Assembly: GCA_018822435.1 (NCBI GenBank)
Contig: JAHJKD010000021.1
Span: 1-60,525, forward strand
Source of the DNA: Patescibacteria group bacterium
GTDB lineage: Bacteria; Patescibacteriota; Patescibacteriia; UBA9570; JAHJKD01
Length of the DNA stretch: 60,525 nucleotides
Direction: 5' to 3'
Within the stretch, counting starts at the first letter, position 1; each line of letters opens with the position of its first letter. The notes below the pieces were generated by a model that made no database searches, had not been told where the DNA came from, and saw nothing but the letters and a program-made list of their open reading frames with translations. Positions 39,655 through 48,534 of the stretch are shown here, in pieces. Position numbers and translations under genes: made by a program.

Positions 39655-40682
39655 TCCTTAATTACAATGGATTAAAACATCTTAAGACATGTTTGGATTC
39701 TGTCTTGGCCTTAGATTATCCTGATTTTGAAATATTTTTAGTTGAAAATGGATCTAATGACGGTTCGCTTGAATTCATCAATGACAATTACAAAGATAAA
39801 ATCACGTTAATTGCGCTTGATAAAAATACGGGATTTGCCAAAGGTAATAATATTGCCATTAAAGAGGCTTTTAAGGATCCTGAGATAAAATATATCGCTC
39901 CGCTTAATAATGATACGAAAGTTGAATCTGGTTGGTTAGGAGAAATGATGAATATTATTAGAAAAGATGAGAAAATTGGATCAGTGTCATCTAAGATGAT
40001 GTTTTATTATGAAAAAGATCTGATAAATGCAATCGGGGTTTTAATTTCTAGGGACGGAGGCGGCATTAATTTAGGATACAAAGAAAAAGATGAAGGCCAG
40101 TTTGAAAAAGATATGGAAATTTTCGGGCCGTCAGCTGGTGCCTGTTTGTATTCCAGAAAGATGTTAGAGGATATTGACCTAGGCGACGGCGAATTTTTTG
40201 ATAATACGTATTTTGCCTATTATGAAGACGTGGATATATGCTGGCGAGCCAGATTAGCTGGCTATACAAGCTGGTATTCCCATAAATCAGTCGTCTATCA
40301 CGTCCATTCAGCCACAGGCGTGTCTCACTCCCCTTTTAAAGCCTTTCATATTCAACGCAACCGCCTTTTCAATATTTTAAAAGACTTTCCTTTCTGGAGT
40401 GCAGTTTATGCTTTTCTAATTATTACCCCGGTCAGATATCTTCATCTTTTAAATGCGGCATTTTTCAGAAAATCAGGTCCGGCTGCGAAAACCAAATCAA
40501 AAGCTGGCTCAGGCTCTCTTTTTAAACTTACTTTCAAGGCATGGGCTGATTTTTTCAGGCTTATGCCGGAAATGATGAGGAAGAGAAGAAAAGTTATAAG
40601 ATCTAAAATAGTAAGTAATAAGCTAGTAAGAGAATGGTTTAAAAAATACAAATCAGATTTAGAAACAGAAATTTATAAATGA
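39627..40682 (+). CDS. GT2 glycosyltransferase (rhamnosyltransferase-like subgroup)
   Basis: 351 aa with VGVVILNYNGLKHL, LVENGSNDGS and YYEDVDICWR. Confidence 0.85.
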   Translation: MENPKVGVVILNYNGLKHLKTCLDSVLALDYPDFEIFLVENGSNDGSLEFINDNYKDKITLIALDKNTGFAKGNNIAIKEAFKDPEIKYIAPLNNDTKVESGWLGEMMNIIRKDEKIGSVSSKMMFYYEKDLINAIGVLISRDGGGINLGYKEKDEGQFEKDMEIFGPSAGACLYSRKMLEDIDLGDGEFFDNTYFAYYEDVDICWRARLAGYTSWYSHKSVVYHVHSATGVSHSPFKAFHIQRNRLFNILKDFPFWSAVYAFLIITPVRYLHLLNAAFFRKSGPAAKTKSKAGSGSLFKLTFKAWADFFRLMPEMMRKRRKVIRSKIVSNKLVREWFKKYKSDLETEIYK

Positions 40683-41947
40683 TAAAAAGAATCTTAGGCA
40701 ATACAATCTGGATTACAATCGGACAAGGACTGGGAAAGTTTGTGGCTTTCTTGTTAATGATTTTTATTGCCCGATATTTAGGCGATGAACTTTATGGTCA
40801 ATTTTCTTTTGCTATCTCTCTCGTTGGCATCCTGGTTTTATTCGGAGACGCAGGCCTGGGCGCATATATTACCCGGGAACTGGCTAAACACAAAGACCTG
40901 ACCAAGCAATATATTGGGCAGCTTATTACACTGAAAATATTTTTATCTCTGCTGACCTTTGGATTGATATTTTTGTGTTTGTTTTTACTAGGTAAAGATC
41001 CTGTTACTCGTCAATTAACTTATATCGCGGCATTGTATGTGGTGGGCATTGGTTTTGTGGAATTTTTCTTTGCCGTGTTCCGCGCCTGGGAAAAAATGAA
41101 ATATGAAGCCATTACTAAGATCGTTTACAACTTATGTTTATTTGCCATAGGCATGGCCTTTATTCTTCTGAATTTGAGCGCTCAGGCGCTAATGAGCGCT
41201 TATGTGATCGCGACTCTGATTGCATTTATCGTGAGTTATAGTCTTATTAAAAAATATTTTACTGGTTTTAAGCTGGGCTGGGACACTAAATTCTGGAAAA
41301 TGACCCTGAAGCGTAGCTGGCCTTTTGCCCTGTCTTCTATATTTGTCGTGCTTTACTTTAAAATAGACACGGTTATGTTATCAGCTATGCGGACCGACGC
41401 GGAAGTGGGTTGGTACAATGCGGCTTATAATTTGGTGTTTGCATTAATTATGATCCCCACGATTTTTGATATTATTTTTTATCCGATTTTATCTAAAACA
41501 TTTGGCCATAAAAAAGAATTCACCCAAGTAGTGAATAAAATTTTTAGCTACGCCGTTTTAATTGCCGTACCTGTAGCAATATTTGTTTATCTGATCCGTG
41601 GCCCTTTAGTGGAATGGATTTACGCGGGAAAATACGATATGGCTATTCCTATTTTAGGAATATTAGTATGGTCTTTTATGCTTAACCTAATAAACCGCTT
41701 TCCATTTATATTAAACGCGGCTAATCTGGCGCAAATTATCACTTTTCAGGCCGGTTTAGGCGTTCTGCTTAATGTCGGGTTGAATTTTATATTAATTCCA
41801 AACTTTGGCACGATCGGAGCGGCCTGGGCAACTGTAGCCACAGAAGTATTAGCCATTGCCGTGCTTACATATTTTGGACTGTATCGATATAGAAAACTTA
41901 TTTTTTCCTCAAAGTCTGATCACTCCAGCGATACACCTGCATATTAG
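40679..41947 (+). CDS. oligosaccharide flippase (Wzx/MOP superfamily)
   Basis: 422 aa with about 12 TM helices and a typical polysaccharide-biosynthesis-protein N-terminus (ILGNTIWITIGQGLGKFVAFLLMIFIARYLG). Confidence 0.8.
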   Translation: MIKRILGNTIWITIGQGLGKFVAFLLMIFIARYLGDELYGQFSFAISLVGILVLFGDAGLGAYITRELAKHKDLTKQYIGQLITLKIFLSLLTFGLIFLCLFLLGKDPVTRQLTYIAALYVVGIGFVEFFFAVFRAWEKMKYEAITKIVYNLCLFAIGMAFILLNLSAQALMSAYVIATLIAFIVSYSLIKKYFTGFKLGWDTKFWKMTLKRSWPFALSSIFVVLYFKIDTVMLSAMRTDAEVGWYNAAYNLVFALIMIPTIFDIIFYPILSKTFGHKKEFTQVVNKIFSYAVLIAVPVAIFVYLIRGPLVEWIYAGKYDMAIPILGILVWSFMLNLINRFPFILNAANLAQIITFQAGLGVLLNVGLNFILIPNFGTIGAAWATVATEVLAIAVLTYFGLYRYRKLIFSSKSDHSSDTPAY

Positions 41948-43400
41948 TATCATTTAAATCCTCCACTTTTTCCATATTATTTTTCACGTATTTTTTCAGC
42001 TTGTAGCGCAAGTGATATTCTTTGTATTTGGGCCAGACAACCCAACCGGTCTTATTTTCTGAAACAATTTTCTTGAGTTCACCTCTCGTGAACTGCTTGT
42101 CTTTCTTTAGCTTCTTTATATTAAGGTCAGGATTGGAAAAATAGTAGGTGTGCACACCCTGGATGATAACGGGTTCTTTTGGTTTAGCATTATCTTCTAT
42201 ATATGCGTACGCCTCAGAAAAGTTATGGACTTCATCATCTTGGTAGGTCCAGTCAGCTCTGGCTTTTTGAAAAATCCCGCTGGCTTCAATGCCAGGCCAA
42301 GAAAGAATAGGGCCAGTAACCAGAAATAAGATTATGAAAACAAGGTTAATAGCGTATTTTTTCTTGAATAATTTTTTAGAAATATTATACAAGCTATCAG
42401 AATATAAAATTAAAACAAACGGAATAATAAATATTATATATTTCTTCGCCGAATACCGCCCGGCAAAAAATGTAAAGAATATCAGAACAGGGATAAACAT
42501 GGAATAATAATAAACGCGCAGCTTATTCCATTTCCAGGCCGCGAGTAATCCTAAAGCTAAGACTATCCAGCCGAGATAGGCAATTCTGATCTGATTGAAG
42601 GGAAAGCCTAAATATTCCCAGGCTGGTTCATCCCTGATGGTGATGTAATCCGGAATTACTATGGGTGCAATTAAAAATTGAAATAGCAGGCCGATTATTA
42701 TTGCTCCTAAAAAAATGGCTGTAAAAGTAAAATACCGGTTCCACTTGAATTTTTTCTGGATTAATAAGTGGATGGCATTGGCGCCAAAATAAAATAATAG
42801 GCTTAGCCCGAATAATAAGGCTGATTCATGGACTAAATAAGCAAAGCCAAGGACTAATGCTCCGGGGACGAGATAATACCAGTTAAATTTAGTTTTATTT
42901 TTTTCCAGTCCTAAAAATATCAGCCAGCAAGCCAGAACAAAGAAAAACACAAACATAGAATACATCCGCGATAAACGGGACGACCAAATAAATATCTGGT
43001 CAAAAGCAATCAGAGCCATGCTGGCCAAAGCCACAATATGATTTTTTGATAATCGGTATGACAAATAATAAACAAGCGGTAAAAGCATGATGCCAAAAAT
43101 TACAGACATAATGCGGCCGGCAAATTCATTTGTACCAAGCACTGTAAAACTTGAGGCCACCAACCATGTGTAAGGAAATGCCCGCGTGTATTCAGTAATC
43201 GGTTCTTCGGCCATAAAATCCCAGGTAACAAATTCCCCTGTCTTTAAATATCCGGTGGCGGCATCTAAATGGAAGTATTCGTCATTCTGAAAATCGATGC
43301 TGCCAAGATTGGCGTATCTTAACCATAGTCCGGCATTGAATATGATCAGGAATACTAGGGCAATAAGAATAATAGCTATCCATTGCTTATTTAATTTCAT
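41898..43400 (-). CDS. GT-C fold, PMT_2/ArnT-like glycosyltransferase
   Basis: The start MKLNKQWIAIILIALVF at 43400 is preferred. The 42-codon extension in the track (to 43526) is a read-through of the intergenic repeats. It has DEYFH in loop 1, many TM helices and a C-terminal soluble domain. Confidence 0.8.
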   Translation of the reverse strand: MKLNKQWIAIILIALVFLIIFNAGLWLRYANLGSIDFQNDEYFHLDAATGYLKTGEFVTWDFMAEEPITEYTRAFPYTWLVASSFTVLGTNEFAGRIMSVIFGIMLLPLVYYLSYRLSKNHIVALASMALIAFDQIFIWSSRLSRMYSMFVFFFVLACWLIFLGLEKNKTKFNWYYLVPGALVLGFAYLVHESALLFGLSLLFYFGANAIHLLIQKKFKWNRYFTFTAIFLGAIIIGLLFQFLIAPIVIPDYITIRDEPAWEYLGFPFNQIRIAYLGWIVLALGLLAAWKWNKLRVYYYSMFIPVLIFFTFFAGRYSAKKYIIFIIPFVLILYSDSLYNISKKLFKKKYAINLVFIILFLVTGPILSWPGIEASGIFQKARADWTYQDDEVHNFSEAYAYIEDNAKPKEPVIIQGVHTYYFSNPDLNIKKLKKDKQFTRGELKKIVSENKTGWVVWPKYKEYHLRYKLKKYVKNNMEKVEDLNDTNMQVYRWSDQTLRKK

Positions 43401-43407
43401 ATGGGCA

Positions 43408-43541
43408 AGTATATTAGATATCTTGATTAAAATCAATCTTACCCCCAATGAATTGGGGGCTGAATAATTTAACATATTTGACCAAGCCCCAAATTTATTT
43501 GGGGTATTGGTCTTGATTAAAATCAAGGTTTATACTATAAT
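43408..43541. promoter_or_regulatory. mirror-image divergent promoter pair, two identical 16-nt boxes and two CCCCAA/TTGGGG hairpins
   Basis: TCTTGATTAAAATCAA occurs at 43421-43436 and again at 43511-43526. The hairpins are CCCCCAATGAATTGGGGG (43442-43459) and CCCCAAATTTATTTGGGG (43488-43505). On the plus strand the order is TTGATT (43513-18), 17 nt, TATAAT (43536-41), 7 nt, ATG 43549. On the minus strand it is TTGATT (43436-31), 17 nt, TATACT (43413-08), 7 nt, ATG 43400. Confidence 0.4.
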
Positions 43542-43548
43542 AGCGCTC

Positions 43549-44466
43549 ATGGATGAAAATATAAAGATCTCAATAATTATCCCGGTTGTGGGCGAAAAAT
43601 TACTGCCTGCTTGCTTAGAATCAATTAAAAAACTGGATTATCCGAAGGAAAATCTGGAAATAATTGTTGTTAATAATTTACCTGAAAACACTAAGATTAA
43701 GGAAGTAAGCGATAAATTTAATGTTAAATATACAGAAGAAAAAAAACGAGGGTCTTATCGGGCCAGGAATATGGGCGGATTCAAAGCTCGGGGAAAGATA
43801 TTGGCATTTACTGACGTCGATTGTGAAGTTAACCGCGAATGGCTAAAGCAGGCGGAAAAATCTTTAGAAAATTCAGATATAGTAATTGGCTGGAACGAAG
43901 GCATAAATGCCAATAAAACGGCGGCGTTAGAACAGGCTTTTTACGAAAAAATCTTCACTGATTTTACCAAAAAAGAAAAACTGGACCGGATTGATACGCG
44001 TAATTGTGCCATGAAAAAAGATGTCTTTAAAAAACTGGATGGTTTTCAAGACAAGCTGGCTTTTGGCGGTGATATGGAATTTGGGGCCCGGGCAGCAGAT
44101 GCCGGTCTGAAAATCACTTTTAATAATGACATGAAAGTGAAACACAGAAATCCGGCCAAGCTCATGCCTCTGATTGCCAAACGGATTACCCAGAATTTTG
44201 ATAATTATAATATTACGGAGTTTCATGATGATGAATTTTTGAAAAAATATTTTCCGCATATATATGATTATAAATTGCTCGAGCAGAAAAAATTCTTGAT
44301 AAATTTAAAACGCATGTATTATCAGATGATATTAGGACTGAATTATTTTCTAGCGCCGGTTTTGATTTTGATTTTACCAGGCACGCTGGCCTATATTTAT
44401 TATAAAAAGCTGAATGGCCTTTGCATGCATTTCGGCTTTTTGGCGAATATTTCCCGGAGGAAATGA
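43549..44466 (+). CDS. GT2 glycosyltransferase
   Basis: The start MDENIKISIIIPVVGEK at 43549 is preferred over the non-ATG track start at 43507. It has a FTDVDCEV DxD motif and a C-terminal TM segment. Confidence 0.8.
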   Translation: MDENIKISIIIPVVGEKLLPACLESIKKLDYPKENLEIIVVNNLPENTKIKEVSDKFNVKYTEEKKRGSYRARNMGGFKARGKILAFTDVDCEVNREWLKQAEKSLENSDIVIGWNEGINANKTAALEQAFYEKIFTDFTKKEKLDRIDTRNCAMKKDVFKKLDGFQDKLAFGGDMEFGARAADAGLKITFNNDMKVKHRNPAKLMPLIAKRITQNFDNYNITEFHDDEFLKKYFPHIYDYKLLEQKKFLINLKRMYYQMILGLNYFLAPVLILILPGTLAYIYYKKLNGLCMHFGFLANISRRK

Positions 44467-45911
44467 TTTTTAAAAAAATCGCATCAAACTTAACTTCTAT
44501 AATGGCGGCCCGGATTTTATTCCAGGTTTTTAATGCTGTCACCCAGATCACGATCGCGCGCATGCTCGGGGTGGAACTTTTTGGCGTATTTTCAACGGCC
44601 CTCGCCCTGGTAAATGCATTTTTAGTAGCTAATGACATCGGCATGTCCACCCTAATGATAAAGGAAGGGTCGCATATGCGGGAAAAAATCAAGTTTTTCC
44701 TGGGCAATACCCTGCTGGTACAGCTATTTGCCTCCCTGCTGTTTTATACCGTTGCCTTAGTTGTGGGTTTTTCCATCGGGTATTCGTTCCAGATAATGAT
44801 GCTGGTCATGATACTCGGCGTGGCCTACATGATCTTTGAATTCCGCAAACCGTTCCGGGCGGTTTTACGCATATTGCTCAAACTGAAGAAAATAGCTGTT
44901 TTTGAAATTATTTGCGGTGCCCTGATCATGGTTTCGGTAATTTCCCTTTCTTTTACCGGCCTTTCCAAAACGACGCTGCTTCTTGCGGTCGTATTAGTGG
45001 AGTTGGCCGGGTATATAGCCCTTTCATTGGCTATTTATATTTACATGCGCCGATTTATTCGTCCCGATTTCAGCCACCGAAAGCAGATCAGGAGCGAACT
45101 GAAAATATCGTGGAAGTACTCGTTTTATAATGTCATGTTCATCCTGTATTTGCAGCTTTCCATCATTATGACCGCGGCCATTGCCGGCAGTGAACAAGCC
45201 GGCCTATATTCAGCGGCGTCCAAGCTTGTCGTTCTCTTGTTTATGGTGCCCCAGATGATATTTCAAATCGGATTGCCTCTATTATTCAAATATTTTAAGA
45301 CTGACCGGGAAAAATATAAGAGGGTCCACGCCTTTATTTTCAAATATCTTACCGCTTTCGGCTTTCCGGTGGCCGTGGGCATGTGGATGCTGTCCGACCC
45401 GATAATTTCACTGATATACGGGCATGAAGGATATGGCCCGTCTGCGCAAGCTCTCCAATTTTTTGCCATTTTTATTATGTTCCGCTTCCTGGGAAATATT
45501 TCCGGCCAATCATTAACGACATCAGACCGTCAAAACCAGGAAAATATCATTGTCTTGATCTACACGATATTTTTAGTTATCGGCAATTATTTCATGATCG
45601 GCGCTTACGGCTTCATGGGAGCCGTTTATATGACGGTAATTTGCGAAGTTTTGCTCCGGGTGACTTATATGATCGTTGATTTTTCCCACCTGCGCATCGC
45701 TATCTGGCCTTACCTGAAAAAAGTCTTTCCGGTTGTCCTCTCTTGCGCTTTTATGTCCGTCTTCATATACTTTACACAGGACATTTTTAATGTTATTATC
45801 GTCATTATATTTTCAGGCATTTTCTATGGATTATTCCTTTGGCTGTTCCGATTTTTCGACAAATATGACAAAACATTATTTTCCCAATTAATTACAAAAA
45901 ATAAAGGTTAA
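44463..45911 (+). CDS. oligosaccharide flippase (Wzx/MOP superfamily)
   Basis: The start MIFKKIASNLTSIMAARILFQV at 44463 forms an ATGA overlap with the preceding stop. About 12-14 TM helices. Confidence 0.75.
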   Translation: MIFKKIASNLTSIMAARILFQVFNAVTQITIARMLGVELFGVFSTALALVNAFLVANDIGMSTLMIKEGSHMREKIKFFLGNTLLVQLFASLLFYTVALVVGFSIGYSFQIMMLVMILGVAYMIFEFRKPFRAVLRILLKLKKIAVFEIICGALIMVSVISLSFTGLSKTTLLLAVVLVELAGYIALSLAIYIYMRRFIRPDFSHRKQIRSELKISWKYSFYNVMFILYLQLSIIMTAAIAGSEQAGLYSAASKLVVLLFMVPQMIFQIGLPLLFKYFKTDREKYKRVHAFIFKYLTAFGFPVAVGMWMLSDPIISLIYGHEGYGPSAQALQFFAIFIMFRFLGNISGQSLTTSDRQNQENIIVLIYTIFLVIGNYFMIGAYGFMGAVYMTVICEVLLRVTYMIVDFSHLRIAIWPYLKKVFPVVLSCAFMSVFIYFTQDIFNVIIVIIFSGIFYGLFLWLFRFFDKYDKTLFSQLITKNKG

Positions 45912-45912
45912 T

Positions 45913-46653
45913 ATGCAAACAATTATCCTGGCCGCTGGCCAAGGTACGAGGCTAGCCCCTCTGTGCGATGAGATACCAAAAACATTACTGGCTTTGGATG
46001 ACAAAACCATTCTTGAACATATTTTTAATGTTTGTGTTAATTGTGGTTTGTATGATTTTTCGATTGTAACCGGGCACGGGCATCAGGCAGTAGATACTTT
46101 TTTAACCGATTATTTAATTCAGAGACCAGACATAAGAACAGAACTTATTTACAATGGTGAATATTTGAAAAAAGGAAATATATATTCTTACTACATGACT
46201 AAAGAAATTTTTCATGATGATGATCATGTAATAATCAATTCCGATACAATTTTTCACCAGAGCATTTTAGAAGACCTGCTTAACCATCCGGAAAAAAATG
46301 TTATGGCAATTGATGATGAAAAGGAGCTATCAGAAGAAGAAATGAAAGTCCTGCTCTGTGATCAAGGTAAAATAAACAAAATTCATAAATCAATTGACCC
46401 CGGGGAAGCTAAAGGTGAATATATTGGCTTAATGAAGCTCGGCCGGGAATACGCTTCTCAAATTGAAGAAGGTTTGGAAAAAACAATGTCTGAAGATGAC
46501 TCTCTTTATTATGAGGATGGTTTGCAAAAAGCGATTGATTTGGGCTTGACTATTCATCCCTTAAGCACAAAAGGGCGTCCGGCCATGGAAGTTGATACGC
46601 ATAACGATCTCGTAGACGCCAAGGAAATGATCAAAGATATTAGACTTTCATAA
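45913..46653 (+). CDS. sugar/polyol-phosphate nucleotidyltransferase (cytidylyltransferase-like)
   Basis: 246 aa. The N-terminal LAAGQGTRLAPL...PKTLL signature indicates the NTP_transferase fold. Confidence 0.8.
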   Translation: MQTIILAAGQGTRLAPLCDEIPKTLLALDDKTILEHIFNVCVNCGLYDFSIVTGHGHQAVDTFLTDYLIQRPDIRTELIYNGEYLKKGNIYSYYMTKEIFHDDDHVIINSDTIFHQSILEDLLNHPEKNVMAIDDEKELSEEEMKVLLCDQGKINKIHKSIDPGEAKGEYIGLMKLGREYASQIEEGLEKTMSEDDSLYYEDGLQKAIDLGLTIHPLSTKGRPAMEVDTHNDLVDAKEMIKDIRLS

Positions 46654-46654
46654 T

Positions 46655-47704
46655 ATGTCCGTAATATCCCGAAACATTCCTGCTCCCCTTTTTATAAAGA
46701 TAGAATCTGGCGCTTTTCGGAAATTAAAAAAAGTCCTGAAAGAAAATCATATTGAATTTGATAAACCGTTAATTATTTCAGAACGGAAAGTTTTAGAACT
46801 GGGCGGGAATGAAATAGTACGATCATTCGGCGAACCCGGCATTCATCTGGCCAAAGATAATTCTATTTCAGAGGGAGATGAGATTGGCATCAGCTTAAGG
46901 CAAAATAATAATGACGTCGTAATTTGTATCGGGGGCGGACGCATTCTTGATCTGGGAAAATATGCCGCTACCAAAGCTAAGCTAAACTATATCAGTATTC
47001 CTACTTCACCTTCTAATGACGGACTAGCTTCTCCTGTGGCTGTCTTAAAAAATAGCATTGGATTAACAGAAAGCCTGGGCGTGAACATGCCCATGGGAAT
47101 TTTAGTTGACCTGGATATGATGAAATCAGCCCCGATTGATAATATTAAAGCCGGCACTGGGGACCTGCTCTCTAATTTCTCTGCTTTAGAAGACTGGAAA
47201 CTGGCTTACGACGAAAATAAAGAGGGAATGGATGACTTTGCCGCATCCCTGGCTTATTCCGCGGCCGACCTGATGTATGGCAAGTTTGCCGGGTGCCAAA
47301 AAGTGGAACTTGATGAAGAGAAATTTTTAAAAACCCTAGTCAACGGATTGATACTATCAGGCATTGCCATGAATATTGCCGGATCTTCCCGCCCTTGTTC
47401 GGGCGCGGAACATGAAATATCCCACGCGATTGATAAATTATTTCCGGGCCGGTCCATGCACGGGCTTCAGGTTTCTCTGGGTATTTTGATAGCTGAGAAA
47501 TTAAGGAAAAAAGATTTTGAGAATTATAATAAGTTTTTTGAACTGATCGGCCTGCCAACCCGGGCTGAAGATATTGGCCTGACTGATGATGAATTAATGC
47601 AAGCATTAGAACTGGCACCCAATACTCGACCGGATCGGTTCACAATATTAGAAAAAAAGAATTTAGATAAAAAAAAGATCAAAGAATTAGTTAAATCACT
47701 TTAA
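46655..47704 (+). CDS. egsA: sn-glycerol-1-phosphate dehydrogenase family (EgsA/AraM-like, Fe-ADH superfamily)
   Basis: 349 aa. GGGRILDLGKYAATKAKLNYISIPTSPSNDGLASPVAVL, AGTGDLLSNFSALEDWKLA, SRPCSGAEHEISHAID and HGLQVSLG match the conserved G1PDH blocks as I remember them. Confidence 0.8.
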   Translation: MSVISRNIPAPLFIKIESGAFRKLKKVLKENHIEFDKPLIISERKVLELGGNEIVRSFGEPGIHLAKDNSISEGDEIGISLRQNNNDVVICIGGGRILDLGKYAATKAKLNYISIPTSPSNDGLASPVAVLKNSIGLTESLGVNMPMGILVDLDMMKSAPIDNIKAGTGDLLSNFSALEDWKLAYDENKEGMDDFAASLAYSAADLMYGKFAGCQKVELDEEKFLKTLVNGLILSGIAMNIAGSSRPCSGAEHEISHAIDKLFPGRSMHGLQVSLGILIAEKLRKKDFENYNKFFELIGLPTRAEDIGLTDDELMQALELAPNTRPDRFTILEKKNLDKKKIKELVKSL

Positions 47705-48429
47705 TGGAGGAAAACGACCCAAGAAGGGTTATTAAAAAAGAAGACGGCCTGTGGGCTTATTATTTTATTGCCCAGCTGGGCAATATTTTTGCCCGCATCG
47801 GGACTCGGGAAAAATTTCTAACTCCTAATCTTTATACTACTCTGTCATTCCTATTAGTAATGGCCGCATGTGTTTTATTTGCTGGATTCAGAGATTATTG
47901 GTACATGATTATCGGGGCTGTTCTTATTAATTTAGCCTTGGCATTTGATTGCGCTGACGGACAGCTGGCCCGCCTATCTAATCAGATGAGCAAGCTGGGC
48001 CATTGGTATGATTATCATTCTGATAAAATCAAAGACGGCATAATTTTAATATCTCTTACTATTGCCGCTTATTACCAGACAGAATGGATCTGGTTGTTTT
48101 TTGTTGCCTTCGGCACCATATTTTTCCAGTTTCTCAGAAATATTACCCGGTTGAACAGAGTAATTTTTCAATTAGAGACTAAAGGCGAAATTAAAGATAA
48201 GAAAGCAGTTGAGGATAGCAAAGTTAAATCGCAGTTCATGCGCAGCTTTCGCCATTCGCTTTTATTTAAAGAAGCTGATCGTTACTTTCTGTTTACAATT
48301 GCAATTGTTTTAAATCAAGTAGCAATAGGTTTAATTATTTATTTCGCTTTAGAAATTATTTTTGCCGCCGTATCAGCGGCAATATCTTATAAAGAATACG
48401 CCCGGTATGACCGACGCATGGCAAGATAG
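47704..48429 (+). CDS. CDP-alcohol phosphatidyltransferase family protein
   Basis: 241 aa, polytopic. The signature D-x2-D-G-x2-A-R-x8-G-x3-D-x3-D is present as DCADGQLARLSNQMSKLGHWYDYHSD. Confidence 0.85.
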   Translation: MEENDPRRVIKKEDGLWAYYFIAQLGNIFARIGTREKFLTPNLYTTLSFLLVMAACVLFAGFRDYWYMIIGAVLINLALAFDCADGQLARLSNQMSKLGHWYDYHSDKIKDGIILISLTIAAYYQTEWIWLFFVAFGTIFFQFLRNITRLNRVIFQLETKGEIKDKKAVEDSKVKSQFMRSFRHSLLFKEADRYFLFTIAIVLNQVAIGLIIYFALEIIFAAVSAAISYKEYARYDRRMAR

Positions 48430-48432
48430 CCA

Positions 48433-48510
48433 TGAAAGCGGATTTCACAAATCCGCCTATATGAACCCGTCTGCCAAAGCACGTATGGCGGACATGTGAT
48501 GTCCGCTTTC
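48433..48510. repeat. twin-hairpin GC-rich repeat, copy 2
   Basis: The left arm is TGAAAGCGGATTTCACAAATCCGCC (48433-48457). A 29-nt spacer follows, then the right arm GGCGGACATGTGATGTCCGCTTTC (48487-48510). It lies between two co-directional genes. Confidence 0.85.
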
Positions 48511-48534
48511 CATAAATATAATCAAATATAAAAT

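Noticed and set aside
44213-44707. 164-aa minus-strand ORF spanning the GT2/flippase junction
   Set aside because: It is antisense to two well-supported plus-strand genes joined by an ATGA overlap, and its composition is not protein-like.
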